Positions 27,125 to 37,357 of a DNA stretch of 64,000 nt are shown in pieces; within the stretch, counting starts at the first letter, position 1, and each line of letters begins with the position of its first letter. The notes under the pieces were generated by a model. That model was not told where the DNA came from, made no database searches, and saw nothing but the letters and a program-made list of their open reading frames with translations. The stretch lies in the IMG/VR virus record IMGVR_UViG_3300010430_000021, one strand, 5' to 3'. The position numbers were made by a program, and so were the translations under genes. The stretch is from an uncultured virus (IMG/VR IMGVR_UViG_3300010430_000021). Lineage: Duplodnaviria; Heunggongvirae; Uroviricota; Caudoviricetes.

Positions 27125-27442
27125 ATGGCATACACAGCAACAGGCGGAATACTGTCTACAGCAAGCGCTGCCAAAGCCGTCGCGCTTGATCCCTACCTTC
27201 CTCAAGTTGTGGACCTCGTGCTCAAGCTCGAGGCCATCGAGAAGGGCGAGAGCTCAAGCTCGTCGAGCTCGAGCTCACCAATCAGCTCGAGCAACGGAGT
27301 CGGCCTCCGCAACGTCGTTGGCCCTCTCAAGACTTTCGTGGCGATCCAAGAGAAGCCTTGGATCTTGCCCGTTGCCGTCGTCGGCATCGTGGGAACCATC
27401 TTCGCCGCTGGCTACTTCACTAGGAAGATTCAGAAGGGCTAG
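27125..27442 (+). CDS. Tail-anchored putative virion protein
   Basis: GAGG RBS; Ser-rich linker; C-terminal TM + RK. Confidence 0.7.
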   Translation: MAYTATGGILSTASAAKAVALDPYLPQVVDLVLKLEAIEKGESSSSSSSSSPISSSNGVGLRNVVGPLKTFVAIQEKPWILPVAVVGIVGTIFAAGYFTRKIQKG

Positions 27443-27445
27443 AAG

Positions 27446-27931
27446 ATGGGTTACCTGTACAACAAACCACAGGGCCTAGGCCGCATCTCACAAAGTCTGA
27501 AGGACCGCTTTCAGATCAAGATGTACCAACAGCCCGGCGCCGAAGTAGGCGAGCGCGGTCAAGTTGCGCTTGGTCCAGGCAAGGACGCTGCGAAGAACGC
27601 AGAAGCCCTCGCCAAAATCAAAGCTGCATGGCCTCGTTGCGGCGACGCCCACAAGTATCTCTACACGTTCAAGAACGGACGGACGATCTGCACCCAAGGA
27701 TGGCGCAACGAATTCTACGTTGACCAAATGATGGGTCGCATTCCGCATGAGAGCTTCTTCGATCCCGTCAAGCGCAAAGAAGCGGGCATGAACCCGAACG
27801 CCGTCATTCAAGACAGCGGCCCCCCTGCCGGCCCAAAAGCCCCAGGACTCCTTAGCCATCCCTGGATGCTTCCAGGCGTTGCCGTCCTAGGAGGGCTCAC
27901 AATCTTCATCCTCGCGCAGAGGAGCCGCTAG
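27446..27931 (+). CDS. Tail-anchored putative virion protein (shares a domain with 28835..29806)
   Basis: KAAWPRC...YLYTFKNGRTICT vs KANWPRC...YLYKFKDGRQKCT; C-terminal TM. Confidence 0.75.
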   Translation: MGYLYNKPQGLGRISQSLKDRFQIKMYQQPGAEVGERGQVALGPGKDAAKNAEALAKIKAAWPRCGDAHKYLYTFKNGRTICTQGWRNEFYVDQMMGRIPHESFFDPVKRKEAGMNPNAVIQDSGPPAGPKAPGLLSHPWMLPGVAVLGGLTIFILAQRSR

Positions 27932-28248
27932 TGGGCTACATCAAAACAGGCACGCCGCTCCCACAGGACGGCGTGTGGGGCACGATCAAGGGCGCTGTGA
28001 AAGGGGCCTACGATTACGTCACCGACACAGGAAGCGGTGGCGGTAGTGGCTCGTTGGACAGCAAGCTCAAGAAAGCTGCCGCAGCCGCTCGCGAGAAAGC
28101 AGCGATTGCCAAAGCAGCGCAAGAGCAGCAAGCCGCTTTGGTGCAGCAACGCAACGCAACCCAACAGAAGATGGTGTTGGCGAGCGGCGCTGTGATTGGT
28201 TTTGCCGGCATCCTGCTTCTCATCGTGAAGAAAAAGAGGAGTAAGTAA
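27931..28248 (+). CDS. Tail-anchored putative virion protein
   Basis: C-terminal TM + KKKRSK. Confidence 0.7.
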   Translation: MGYIKTGTPLPQDGVWGTIKGAVKGAYDYVTDTGSGGGSGSLDSKLKKAAAAAREKAAIAKAAQEQQAALVQQRNATQQKMVLASGAVIGFAGILLLIVKKKRSK

Positions 28249-28835
28249 TGCCACCAGCACTCGCAGTAACCACAGCGCCCGCGCCGTCCCCTAGCAGCAA
28301 ATGCCCGAAGGGCGAGCGTTGGGATGACATCGATCGAGTGTGCGTACCTTTGAAGGTGACGAAGCCTTCCTCGATCCTTCGAGGGCGTATCTCGCCACGT
28401 CTCTTTTCTGGGATTTCAAAGAGCGCCGTCGTGTCGAAGCCACCTCCAAGCAAGGGTCTACCGTCCACCGACGAGATGATCAGCGGGGGAAGGAAGCCTC
28501 CAGGCAACCCGTGGCCTCCTAAGAGCTCGACTCCTGAGCCGACTCCCGAGCCGACCCCTGAACCGACTCCTGAGCCCGTGCCCGAGCCAGCGCCCGCACC
28601 GACAACACAATCGGTCCCTGCCCCTCCTAGCGGCGGTGGCGCTTCATATCAGATGCCTTCGAGCCAGCCCGCGTCCGTCAACCCGGACGATTACTTGCTC
28701 GATCCTATCGACCTGCCTCAGACTTCTCACACAGCCGCGCCTTCCCAAGCGTCGGGAGGCTCGAGCGCGTTGAACAATCCCTTGCTGCTACTTGCTGGCG
28801 GCGCACTCATTGCCTACTTGGTGCTCAAGAAATAA
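28248..28835 (+). CDS. Pro-rich tail-anchored protein
   Basis: (TPEP)n linker; C-terminal TM + KK. Confidence 0.7.
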   Translation: MPPALAVTTAPAPSPSSKCPKGERWDDIDRVCVPLKVTKPSSILRGRISPRLFSGISKSAVVSKPPPSKGLPSTDEMISGGRKPPGNPWPPKSSTPEPTPEPTPEPTPEPVPEPAPAPTTQSVPAPPSGGGASYQMPSSQPASVNPDDYLLDPIDLPQTSHTAAPSQASGGSSALNNPLLLLAGGALIAYLVLKK

Positions 28836-29806
28836 TGCCCTACTTCAAAAAACAGAAGCCACTAGCAGGCCCGCTCGATTTACTGAAGAACAAGTACGCG
28901 ATGACTCTCGTTACGTCGCCGACCAGTCAATCGGTCGCGACTGAACAATCAATCGCATTCGCCAAGACGAAAGCGAATTGGCCGCGCTGCACGCTCACCA
29001 TCCGTGAGCAGAACGGCACCACCAGAAAAGTCACGGGCTACCTCTACAAATTCAAGGACGGTCGCCAGAAATGTACTCGCGATTGGGATCAGGGTGCTTA
29101 CGCCCTGGTTGTCAAAGGCGAAGTACCGCCAATTCCCGTGCCCGACCTTTCTCAAGTCCAAAGAGGCACGCTCAAGCACTTCGAGTGGTTGTGTAAGGCG
29201 CAAGGAACCGTCCCCCAGGACAAGGGCGTTCAGCAAGTCCGCATGGGCTTCGATCGCATGGGCGAAGGCTGGGAGTGGTGGCCACGCACCGATAGCAAAG
29301 GCCGAAGCTGGAGAGGGTACTCGAGCGCACCAAAGCCCCGAGTGTTGCCCCAGAACATCATGCCGTGCGCTCGGTACATTCAGAGGAACTCTGGCTCCGA
29401 CGCGAGCAAGCCCGGGTACCGCAACGCTTGGACATCTCGAGCCTACATCTACTCGGTAGATGTTCAAGGTCAAGCGGCCAAGAACGTAGAAGAGCATCGC
29501 CCTTCCGCTTGCGATGACCCTGCCAACGGCATCCCACCGGAGCTTCGTGCTGCGTGCAAAGCCGCGCTCGCGCGGAACGACGGCACGAGCATCAACAGTT
29601 TCAAGAAGGACATCGGCAAGAAGAGCCAGGAAGAGATCGAAGAGATCATCTACGGCTCTGGTGCTGGCGGTCCTGGCGGCGCACCACAATCGACCTACCC
29701 GGGCGCGGGTGCCGGCGCCGGCATCATGTCCAATCCTGTCGTTGTCTACGGTGGCATCGCTGCCGTGGTCGGCGTTGTTGCGCTCATTGCGTTGAGGAAG
29801 AAGTAG
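28835..29806 (+). CDS. Tail-anchored putative virion protein
   Basis: C-terminal VVVYGGIAAVVGVVALIAL + RKK. Confidence 0.75.
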   Translation: MPYFKKQKPLAGPLDLLKNKYAMTLVTSPTSQSVATEQSIAFAKTKANWPRCTLTIREQNGTTRKVTGYLYKFKDGRQKCTRDWDQGAYALVVKGEVPPIPVPDLSQVQRGTLKHFEWLCKAQGTVPQDKGVQQVRMGFDRMGEGWEWWPRTDSKGRSWRGYSSAPKPRVLPQNIMPCARYIQRNSGSDASKPGYRNAWTSRAYIYSVDVQGQAAKNVEEHRPSACDDPANGIPPELRAACKAALARNDGTSINSFKKDIGKKSQEEIEEIIYGSGAGGPGGAPQSTYPGAGAGAGIMSNPVVVYGGIAAVVGVVALIALRKK

Positions 29807-30112
29807 ATGCTCACTGACGATTATTTGAACTACAAGGCCGACTACGACGCCGAGCAGCGTGGTGGGTACGAAGGATCTAAGAAGCCTTCGGGCCCTGGCC
29901 CTATTGAGATGCTCTTCAACTTCATCGAGCATTTGGGAATCAAGTTTGAAGAAGCGATGATCGATCCCAGGGTTGTCGCTGCCCTCAAATTAGCGGGCGT
30001 GAAAGCCGAGGAGCTCCGAGCAGAGCAGGCCAAGCGCAAACAAAAGAACAACCTGATGTTGTGGGGAGGGGCCGCTTTGCTTGTTGGCTACCTCGCCCTG
30101 AGAAAGAAATAA
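29807..30112 (+). CDS. Tail-anchored putative virion protein
   Basis: C-terminal LMLWGGAALLVGYLAL + RKK. Confidence 0.7.
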   Translation: MLTDDYLNYKADYDAEQRGGYEGSKKPSGPGPIEMLFNFIEHLGIKFEEAMIDPRVVAALKLAGVKAEELRAEQAKRKQKNNLMLWGGAALLVGYLALRKK

Positions 30113-30114
30113 CC

Positions 30115-30456
30115 ATGAGCAACTACGTCAAATCATCCCTAGGAGCGTCGGAGTCCTTCAAGAACAACTACCAATGGAACTCCCAAGGCGTTTGCATCGA
30201 GCAAAGCACCGGCAAGCCGTACCCCGGCGACCAGAAGCTCAGCAATTGCTACGGCTTTCACGGACCACCACCTTCGGGCACCAAAGGGGTTGTAAATTTC
30301 CTCACAGGAAAGGCCCAAGAGCTCATTGGAGGCTTCCTTCGCCCTCAGACGACCAATCTGCCTCAAGCAACTCACTCGACCTCGAGCCTTGTTTTGCCGG
30401 CTGTGATCGTGGTTGGAGGGGTCGGACTGCTTCTCATCCTGAAGAAGAAGAAGTAA
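30115..30456 (+). CDS. Tail-anchored putative virion protein
   Basis: C-terminal LVLPAVIVVGGVGLLLIL + KKKK. Confidence 0.7.
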   Translation: MSNYVKSSLGASESFKNNYQWNSQGVCIEQSTGKPYPGDQKLSNCYGFHGPPPSGTKGVVNFLTGKAQELIGGFLRPQTTNLPQATHSTSSLVLPAVIVVGGVGLLLILKKKK

Positions 30457-30466
30457 GCTCCGGCCC

Positions 30467-30952
30467 ATGCAAGCCAAGAAAAAAGAGATATTCCAGATGG
30501 CTGGGGACCAAAGCAGGGGCGTGACCTCTGGTGCGAACCTCACCAACTCTGCGATCTGTCATCCAGTTGTACTCTACCGCGGGCGCGGCATGGAGCGCCT
30601 TCTCACTTTGGACGTGTTCGCAATGCCGGGCACCCCAATGTACGCGGTAGTCTACTGCCCCCTTTGTCAAACGCGCGATCCTGAGAACAAGTTGAACCGC
30701 TCTCTCACGATCAAAGAGGACAACAAGAAGATCGACCTCGATCTGAAAGCAATTCCATCCATCCCTGGGTTCACGACCTCGGAGCTCGTCCAAGAACTCG
30801 GCTTGCAAAGCAAGGACGAGCTCCGGGGGCGTATTTCTATCGAGCCCTTCGGATGCACCTGGGAGGAAGACCCTGAACTGAGGCGAGGCTTCGGGTTTTC
30901 ATGCTGCAACTGGAAAGTTGCAATCACCAACAACATCGCTAGGGACGTTTAA
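30467..30952 (+). CDS. Putative zinc-binding protein
   Basis: YCPLC and FGC...SCCNW. Confidence 0.65.
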   Translation: MQAKKKEIFQMAGDQSRGVTSGANLTNSAICHPVVLYRGRGMERLLTLDVFAMPGTPMYAVVYCPLCQTRDPENKLNRSLTIKEDNKKIDLDLKAIPSIPGFTTSELVQELGLQSKDELRGRISIEPFGCTWEEDPELRRGFGFSCCNWKVAITNNIARDV

Positions 30953-30954
30953 CA

Positions 30955-31551
30955 ATGGCACTCAAAAATATGATCAAGCTCAAGGACAAAGTGACCTTTG
31001 GGCGTTCCGGCGATGTGAAGCGCAAAGGTACAGTCATCCAACTCAACCCGAAGACGGCGCATGTCAAGTGCTCGAATGGGGACGTGATGGCTGTGACCTA
31101 CAACCTGATCCAGAAGACAACCGCCCGCTTGGAGCGCAAGGGTAAAAAGCCCTCCAACAGACCGCGCAACATGACGGGCCAACCTGGTGAAGTGAGCAGT
31201 AAGAAAGCCCTAGAGCGATGGTCAATCAAGGATTTGACCCACTGGCTTTACGTTGCTGGCGTCGGTGTGAAGCCAGGCACTAAGAAAAGCACACTCGTGA
31301 ATTCCGTATGGACACGGATGCGTAGGGGCAAGGCGAAGAAGAACCCGTCGCAACGCACAACTGCCCACCCCCCTGGAGTGTCAACCCCTAGGAAGAACAC
31401 CTACGCGCATTGGCTCTTGGGGCAGAACAAGACCCAACTCAAAAAGCTGGACAAGGCGTATGAAGTCCTCCTTAAAGGGAGCGGCAAGGGACTCAGCGGG
31501 CTCAAAGCCAAGCACACAGAGGTCAAGAAAGAGCTCCGCAAGAGGAAGTAA
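30955..31551 (+). CDS. Basic protein with SH3/KOW-like N-terminus and KKNP motif
   Basis: KDKVTF...GTVIQLNPKTAHVK; very Lys-rich. Confidence 0.65.
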   Translation: MALKNMIKLKDKVTFGRSGDVKRKGTVIQLNPKTAHVKCSNGDVMAVTYNLIQKTTARLERKGKKPSNRPRNMTGQPGEVSSKKALERWSIKDLTHWLYVAGVGVKPGTKKSTLVNSVWTRMRRGKAKKNPSQRTTAHPPGVSTPRKNTYAHWLLGQNKTQLKKLDKAYEVLLKGSGKGLSGLKAKHTEVKKELRKRK

Positions 31552-31799
31552 TGGCCTACGTCAAAGTCCATAACGCGCTAGGGGTGACGCGAGAGCAGCA
31601 AGAAGTTCTCATCGCCATCCCCGAAGCACAGCTCAAAAACCTCTCAGCAGAGGAACGGCTCAATCTCGTCTTGCGTAGGCAGGAAGTGAAAGCCACCGAG
31701 AGCTCTGCGCGTTGGGATGCCATCTCCACGTTTGTCACTGTCGCGGTACCCATCGCGGCATTCTTCGGCATCTCTTGGGCCGCGAAAGGTAGATCATGA
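31551..31799 (+). CDS. Small tail-anchored protein
   Basis: MAYV start; C-terminal TM. Confidence 0.65.
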   Translation: MAYVKVHNALGVTREQQEVLIAIPEAQLKNLSAEERLNLVLRRQEVKATESSARWDAISTFVTVAVPIAAFFGISWAAKGRS

Positions 31800-32059
31800 A
31801 ACTCTTACTCATCCTAGCCGCCGCTGGCGGCGTTTACGCCGTCACACGCAAGAAGGCTCCGGCCCTCGATCCAATGCCGAAGCGCAAACCAGGAGGGTTC
31901 TACCTTCCTCAACTCACAACATCCGGTGGCCTGTCTCAATCGGGTGAGGAGATCTTGAAAGATCCCTCCAACCTCGAAGGATATTTCTCCACGAGCGGCT
32001 ACTTCTCAACAGGTGCCTGTTGCTCAGGCTGCGCCCACGGGCGACCCTGCAACAGCTAA
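31796..32059 (+). CDS. Small protein with N-terminal TM and Cys-rich C-terminus
   Basis: MKLLLILAAAGGVYAV; GYFS repeat; CCSGC...PC. Confidence 0.6.
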   Translation: MKLLLILAAAGGVYAVTRKKAPALDPMPKRKPGGFYLPQLTTSGGLSQSGEEILKDPSNLEGYFSTSGYFSTGACCSGCAHGRPCNS

Positions 32060-32094
32060 CCAACACCAAATTTCAGCACTAAGGACAAAACATC

Positions 32095-32982
32095 ATGGGA
32101 AACCTATCAATCACCCCCGCAGTACCCGCCGCAAACGGCACCGAAGCCGCTAGCAGCGTCGCTGCCCTCGGCAAAGACAAGACGATCATCGTCGATGGCA
32201 CCTTCACGGGCGCCGTTCAAATCGAAGGAAACTGTGGCGGTGGCTTTGTCCCCGTGGCTGTTTTCACCGCGCCAGGACAGAAGACTCTTGAGATGGCTCT
32301 CAACGAGATTCGTGTAGTCCGCGTTGACGCTACGGCTGTGCCAGGCACACCAGGCGTAACCATGTCGGGCAATGACGACGGAGCTCAATTCCTTGACCTG
32401 CCCATCGTGGGAACATCGGTCGACGTGTCGGGCCTCGGCACTCTCAACACAATCATCGCCGATGGTGTCATCGACGGCGTTCTGAACATCGAGATGTCTC
32501 AGGACGAGACGGATTGGGTTCCCGTGGCTTCCTTCCAAGCCCCAGGACACAAAACCCTCGAGTTCGTTGCCCCGTTCATGCGTGTCCGCCACGCGAACAA
32601 CCAGCTTGGCTCAACCCCCACGGTGAGCATCGGCGCCATCAACGACGATACGGCCCAGCGCCCTATCAACGTCATCGCTCCGGCAGCAAACCTGAGCATT
32701 GACTCGGCTCTGAGTGAGTTCGCGACGCTTGCCCTTGACCAGTCCGTCACCATCGACGACATCATCAACTGCGAAGCGGGCGATGTCATCGAGCTGGCAA
32801 TTTCCCAAGAGGCTGCATTCACTGTCACTTGGGGTGGCTTGTTCTTGTGGGAGGGAGGAACGCCTCCAACCATCACCACAGGCGCGGGCGCGAGGGACTT
32901 GATTGAGCTCCACGTCATCGCTGTAGACGCCGCAGGCGTCGCCACAGAGGTTTGGGGTGAATTTGCACAGGCGTTTGCATAG
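32095..32982 (+). CDS. Beta-rich spike/vertex-like protein with internally duplicated domain
   Basis: Two ALGK/GLGT-xTIIxDG...VPVAxFxAPG units; paralogue of 33296..34321. Confidence 0.7.
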   Translation: MGNLSITPAVPAANGTEAASSVAALGKDKTIIVDGTFTGAVQIEGNCGGGFVPVAVFTAPGQKTLEMALNEIRVVRVDATAVPGTPGVTMSGNDDGAQFLDLPIVGTSVDVSGLGTLNTIIADGVIDGVLNIEMSQDETDWVPVASFQAPGHKTLEFVAPFMRVRHANNQLGSTPTVSIGAINDDTAQRPINVIAPAANLSIDSALSEFATLALDQSVTIDDIINCEAGDVIELAISQEAAFTVTWGGLFLWEGGTPPTITTGAGARDLIELHVIAVDAAGVATEVWGEFAQAFA

Positions 32983-32986
32983 GTAG

Positions 32987-33289
32987 ATGCTCACTCCCTC
33001 TCGGATAGGTTTGTTCGTCATCTTCGTGACGGCTGCCCTGATTGGTTTCGACTTCTACCTCAACTTCGATTCCATTCCAGGCAACACCTACTCCGAGAGG
33101 ATTCGCGTTTGGGGCGCGGACTACCGCTATCTCCCCTATGCAATCGCCGCCGCCTTCGGCGCTATGCTCACACACTGGTTCGCGAAGAAGAACAAGGCTG
33201 GCAAGCTCAGCATCTCAGGCAAACTCAAAGTCGCGCTCACACTCACAATCGCCGTCGTCGCCGGAATGGTGGCAGGCTTCTTCTGGTAG
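32987..33289 (+). CDS. Small 3-TM membrane protein
   Basis: Three hydrophobic helices. Confidence 0.7.
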   Translation: MLTPSRIGLFVIFVTAALIGFDFYLNFDSIPGNTYSERIRVWGADYRYLPYAIAAAFGAMLTHWFAKKNKAGKLSISGKLKVALTLTIAVVAGMVAGFFW

Positions 33290-33295
33290 GACATC

Positions 33296-34321
33296 ATGGC
33301 TAACTCATTCTTAGATCTTCCAATGCCAGCCGGCGACGGCCCAGGCACTTCTGTTGATACCTCTGCCATGGGCAAAGAGAAGACCATCGTTGTTGGTGGT
33401 TCCTTTGTCGGCGCTACGGTCGCCATCGAGGTTTCCACAGACGACGCCGGGCTCATCTTCCAACCGCTCACACTGTTCTCGGGCGCCGGTAAGAAAGTCA
33501 TCGACACCGCAGCCAAGGCGATGCGCGTCAACATCGCTGGACGAAGCGCCGAACCGTTCTCTGCCAACGCGGACGTGGGCGCCAATGACATCGGTGGGTC
33601 TTTCATCGACCTAGTGGTCCCCGCCGCAGACGGCGTTAGCGCGGGCGTGGACATCAGCGCTCTTGGCAATTTCACGACCATCATTGCCGGTGGCGCGTTC
33701 CGCGAAGCCACGCTCACGGTGGAGGTATCCGAGGATGGCGTGAGCTACGCCCCTTGTGGAACGTTCCAAGACCCTGGCGGCATCGTCAACAAAGAGCTCA
33801 TCGCCAACTTTGCCCGTGTTCGAGTGCAAGGCCGCGATGGCAACACGTTCCCATTCACCCCCGACGTGTCTATGGGCGCGACCAACGACGCTGCATCTGG
33901 TGGTATCGGTGCAACAGGCGAGAGCTTCATCAACACACTCAGTGTGGGCGAGGGCTTGAGCCACAACAGCGACACTCCTTTGGTCGTTTCACAGTTCGAG
34001 CTCAACCCACTCGACTACACCCTGAACAACGCGACGTTGACGATGAACCTTCGAGTCACCGCGGCCAACGGAGGCGGCGCGGCTTTGACTCGAGCGGAGA
34101 TTTACAACCTCACAGATAGCGAATCCGTGGGGACGCTGGCGTTCAACAGTGCCGTGCCCAGCACAGGCACGTTGCCTCTCGTAATCGGCGCCGCGGCAGG
34201 ACAAATCAAACTGTCTAGCAAGATCTACGAAATTCGCATCGAAGTAGATTCCCCCGACTTGGTGGACGACACTATCGAGCTCGGCTCTGCCGAAATCCAA
34301 ATCATCAACACGGTGGACTAA
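33296..34321 (+). CDS. Beta-rich spike/vertex-like protein
   Basis: Same duplicated domain as 32095..32982 plus a different C-terminal domain. Confidence 0.7.
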   Translation: MANSFLDLPMPAGDGPGTSVDTSAMGKEKTIVVGGSFVGATVAIEVSTDDAGLIFQPLTLFSGAGKKVIDTAAKAMRVNIAGRSAEPFSANADVGANDIGGSFIDLVVPAADGVSAGVDISALGNFTTIIAGGAFREATLTVEVSEDGVSYAPCGTFQDPGGIVNKELIANFARVRVQGRDGNTFPFTPDVSMGATNDAASGGIGATGESFINTLSVGEGLSHNSDTPLVVSQFELNPLDYTLNNATLTMNLRVTAANGGGAALTRAEIYNLTDSESVGTLAFNSAVPSTGTLPLVIGAAAGQIKLSSKIYEIRIEVDSPDLVDDTIELGSAEIQIINTVD

Positions 34322-34324
34322 GAC

Positions 34325-35989
34325 ATGACACTTCCTGCACTTCAGAAAACCTGGCAAGGCGGTAGCTCCCCTGGAGGCACCGAATTCGTCGGCCAGGTGT
34401 TGGACGGTGGTAGCGATGCCAGTGAAGCCGTTGCTTTGTTCGCGATGAAAGAGTCCATGATTGGCTTCAACGCCGCGGCTTGGACCGTAGCGGGCTCGTC
34501 GGACTTCAGCACCGCTGGAATGGATGCAACCGATCGTTGGCTCAATGTCGGCAATCTCCAGTACCGCAACAATGCGCTCGATCCGTTCTCTTGGATTGTC
34601 CTTCGCCAAGCAGGCATCCACGCAGGCAATGTCGAAGTGCTCATCGCGCTCGACGATACGCTTGCCGCCGACGCGAACCGATCGAACATCACCATCGTGG
34701 TGAGCCCATCGGCTGGCTTCACGGGAGGTAGCACGACCGCAGTGCCAACGGCCACAGACAGTTTCAGCGTCGACGGTACCGACTGGCTCGACGCCAGCGG
34801 CGCGGCCATGGTGTCTTGCGTGATGTCCACAGACGGAGCCTGTACGAGACTCATCTCTGAGCTCGCGGACGGCACCATACACGCCATCATGGGTTTCGAG
34901 GCACCACGCCTTCCAAACGCCGATTGGAACAACCCCGTTGTGGCTTACGTCGTTGCAAACGATGCCGGAGCGTTCACTCAGAACCTCTGGCAAGACGCTG
35001 AGCCCTTCACCGCTGTGATTGAAGACAGGGACAGCAACGACCTATTCGCTTCCCTACGCATCACAGGCCCTAGTGTGAACAACACAGAGGTTGTGAATTA
35101 CGATGAAGTGAATGGCTGCCGTTTCTACGGAGGCACTTTGGTCTATGACAACATCGTTGCAGACTACGGTTGGGGGTCACTGTTCGACTGGTACTGGAAC
35201 TCGGCGCAAGGCGCCGAAGGAGCCAGCGTCAAGGATAGCTTCCCTGCCGCGGGCGACCGACGCTTCGTTTGCCTCGGCGACATGGCGATCGGTTGGCTCG
35301 ACGATAGCGCGACCGACCTAGGCATCGCCGAAGTCGAATTCGTTGCCATCAGCTCGGTGGCTTTGGGCTCGGGTGGTGGTGGAACGGTCGTAGTCCCCAA
35401 ACCTGCCGGCGTCGTAGAAGGTGACATCCTACTCATGTTCTACCTAGGAGGTGGGGGCACGCACACAGTCTCTAGCCCCGCAGGTTGGTCGCTAGATCAA
35501 AACACGTCGGGCTTCATGGATGGAACGCAATCGCGCCGTGCCGTGTTCTCGAAAGTCGCAGGCGCCGCCGAGCCAGCGAGTTATAACTTCACCCGGTCGA
35601 CTGGCAGCGTAGACTCTATCGCCTGCATGGTCGCGTACCGGCCTGGCAGCGCGACACAGCTTGATAGCGCGGGCGGAAACAGTATCGAAACGGGCGCCAC
35701 GCACACAGGCCCCGGACTCACCACGTCCTTCAACCAAGCCAAGAAGGTCAACGCATGGATGGCCAACAGGACGGGCGGCTTTGGATCTATCGCTGTTACC
35801 GTGCCCCCCGCAGTGATGACATCGCGAGGCGGCGTTGACGGTAGTAGCATCTCCCGAAGCGATCTACTGATTTCCGTGTACGACGAAACCATCCCAGATG
35901 CAGGTGCTACCACTGCTCGTTCTCTCACCTATGACAACCCCGCGGACGGTAGCGTCTCGCAAATCTCTGTCCGCGCATTTGGAGCATAA
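34325..35989 (+). CDS. Putative spike/receptor-binding protein
   Basis: 554 aa G/S/T/D-rich; C-terminal PAGVVEGDILLMFY...PAGW...KVAGAAEPASYNF beta domain. Confidence 0.65.
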   Translation: MTLPALQKTWQGGSSPGGTEFVGQVLDGGSDASEAVALFAMKESMIGFNAAAWTVAGSSDFSTAGMDATDRWLNVGNLQYRNNALDPFSWIVLRQAGIHAGNVEVLIALDDTLAADANRSNITIVVSPSAGFTGGSTTAVPTATDSFSVDGTDWLDASGAAMVSCVMSTDGACTRLISELADGTIHAIMGFEAPRLPNADWNNPVVAYVVANDAGAFTQNLWQDAEPFTAVIEDRDSNDLFASLRITGPSVNNTEVVNYDEVNGCRFYGGTLVYDNIVADYGWGSLFDWYWNSAQGAEGASVKDSFPAAGDRRFVCLGDMAIGWLDDSATDLGIAEVEFVAISSVALGSGGGGTVVVPKPAGVVEGDILLMFYLGGGGTHTVSSPAGWSLDQNTSGFMDGTQSRRAVFSKVAGAAEPASYNFTRSTGSVDSIACMVAYRPGSATQLDSAGGNSIETGATHTGPGLTTSFNQAKKVNAWMANRTGGFGSIAVTVPPAVMTSRGGVDGSSISRSDLLISVYDETIPDAGATTARSLTYDNPADGSVSQISVRAFGA

Positions 35990-35991
35990 CC

Positions 35992-37026
35992 ATGACAATC
36001 GCATACTCACAAGCCTACTCGTTTTACCATTGGGAACGCGCCTACGACGGAAACGCCGATGGCATCACCGACAGCATCACGCGCGAGTGGTGGTTCCGAA
36101 TGAAAGAAGCCTTCGTTGCCGCGGGCTGGACCATCATGGGCTCCTACAACGGCTCGGGCTCTGTCTTCAATGACGGCGATCGTGATTTGGTTGATGGTGC
36201 TGGTGCTGGTGCAGGCACGGATACGTGGCTCGCCACCGTTTTCGCAAACAGCTCTTTGCGTCCTTGGATTATTTTCCAAGCCCCGCCAATCATGGGCAAG
36301 CTCCAGGTGATGATGGGGTTCAGCCAGCCGTTGAACAGCAACCCGGAATACATTGACTGTAGAACGTCCCCTACTGGATCGTTCATGGCATCTGGCGGTG
36401 GTACGGACGGCACAACATCTGCCCGACCTAGCGCTCCCGACCAAATCACGCACAACTCAAACGATTCTGGTTTGGACGCAACTGGTAGCCTCACAACGGC
36501 CATCCACGCCTGCTACTCAGCGGACGAGTCTCAATTCTTCCTCATGACTACACTGGAAGCTGGCAACCCCAACTTCTTCGCGTTCTCTAAAGTAGACAAC
36601 GCGCCCGTTGAACTCGATGACGGCGTTGTCTGGAGTATGAGGTTTGCTGGTACCGCAAACGGAGCAGATTTCTATGTCGGCCAAATGGACAACGCCGATC
36701 ATTACACGACCGCTTCATGGAACGGACGAATCAGCGGCACCAACCGAGTTTTCTACTTGGGGGGTCGTGGTTGGAACAACGTAGGTATCCAAAGCCAAAT
36801 TCGCATCCCACAAAACAGGGAAACGCTTGTTGGTCCTTGTGAGCTCTACGCCAGCCCGGTCGCACAGCGGGGCTACTACGGCACCGTCCCAGATATGTAC
36901 TGGGGACCAAACAGCCAATTCCGAATGGGCTTTGGTGACACAGTTGGCGGCGCCATCAATTGGATCAGCGGTGGGTCTCTCATCATTCCTTGGGACTCCG
37001 CGGAGCCGCTGCCGAGGATCCGATAA
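35992..37026 (+). CDS. Putative spike protein, paralogue of the N-terminal domain of 34325..35989
   Basis: MKEAFVAAGWTIMGS vs MKESMIGFNAAAWTVAGS; SPTG...PSAPD vs SPSA...PTATD. Confidence 0.65.
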   Translation: MTIAYSQAYSFYHWERAYDGNADGITDSITREWWFRMKEAFVAAGWTIMGSYNGSGSVFNDGDRDLVDGAGAGAGTDTWLATVFANSSLRPWIIFQAPPIMGKLQVMMGFSQPLNSNPEYIDCRTSPTGSFMASGGGTDGTTSARPSAPDQITHNSNDSGLDATGSLTTAIHACYSADESQFFLMTTLEAGNPNFFAFSKVDNAPVELDDGVVWSMRFAGTANGADFYVGQMDNADHYTTASWNGRISGTNRVFYLGGRGWNNVGIQSQIRIPQNRETLVGPCELYASPVAQRGYYGTVPDMYWGPNSQFRMGFGDTVGGAINWISGGSLIIPWDSAEPLPRIR

Positions 37027-37334
37027 TGACCGCTCGCGACGCAGACTTGGCGACGGACTACGCCGATCGATCGCTCTACTTGTCGAACGATTCGGTGGCG
37101 AAATTCACCGCCACCGAAATCCTTGTCAACCAAGAGCCGGAGCTCGACGACTTGTTCTTGATCGAGGTGGGAGTTCCAGGCGGGTCGGGCATCACCTACG
37201 TGATGCGCGGCTACGACGGCACGCTAACGTCTCTGGTTTACTGGCAGACCGCGACAATCGACGCAACAGGGTCCAGCTACACAGGCCCGGGGCCGTTGTC
37301 GGACATCGTAGTTCAAAACGTCAAAGGCGCTTAG
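37026..37334 (+). CDS. Hypothetical virion protein
   Basis: TAATG coupling. Confidence 0.6.
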   Translation: MTARDADLATDYADRSLYLSNDSVAKFTATEILVNQEPELDDLFLIEVGVPGGSGITYVMRGYDGTLTSLVYWQTATIDATGSSYTGPGPLSDIVVQNVKGA

Positions 37335-37357
37335 GCGCGTGATAAGGTAAGCACTCC

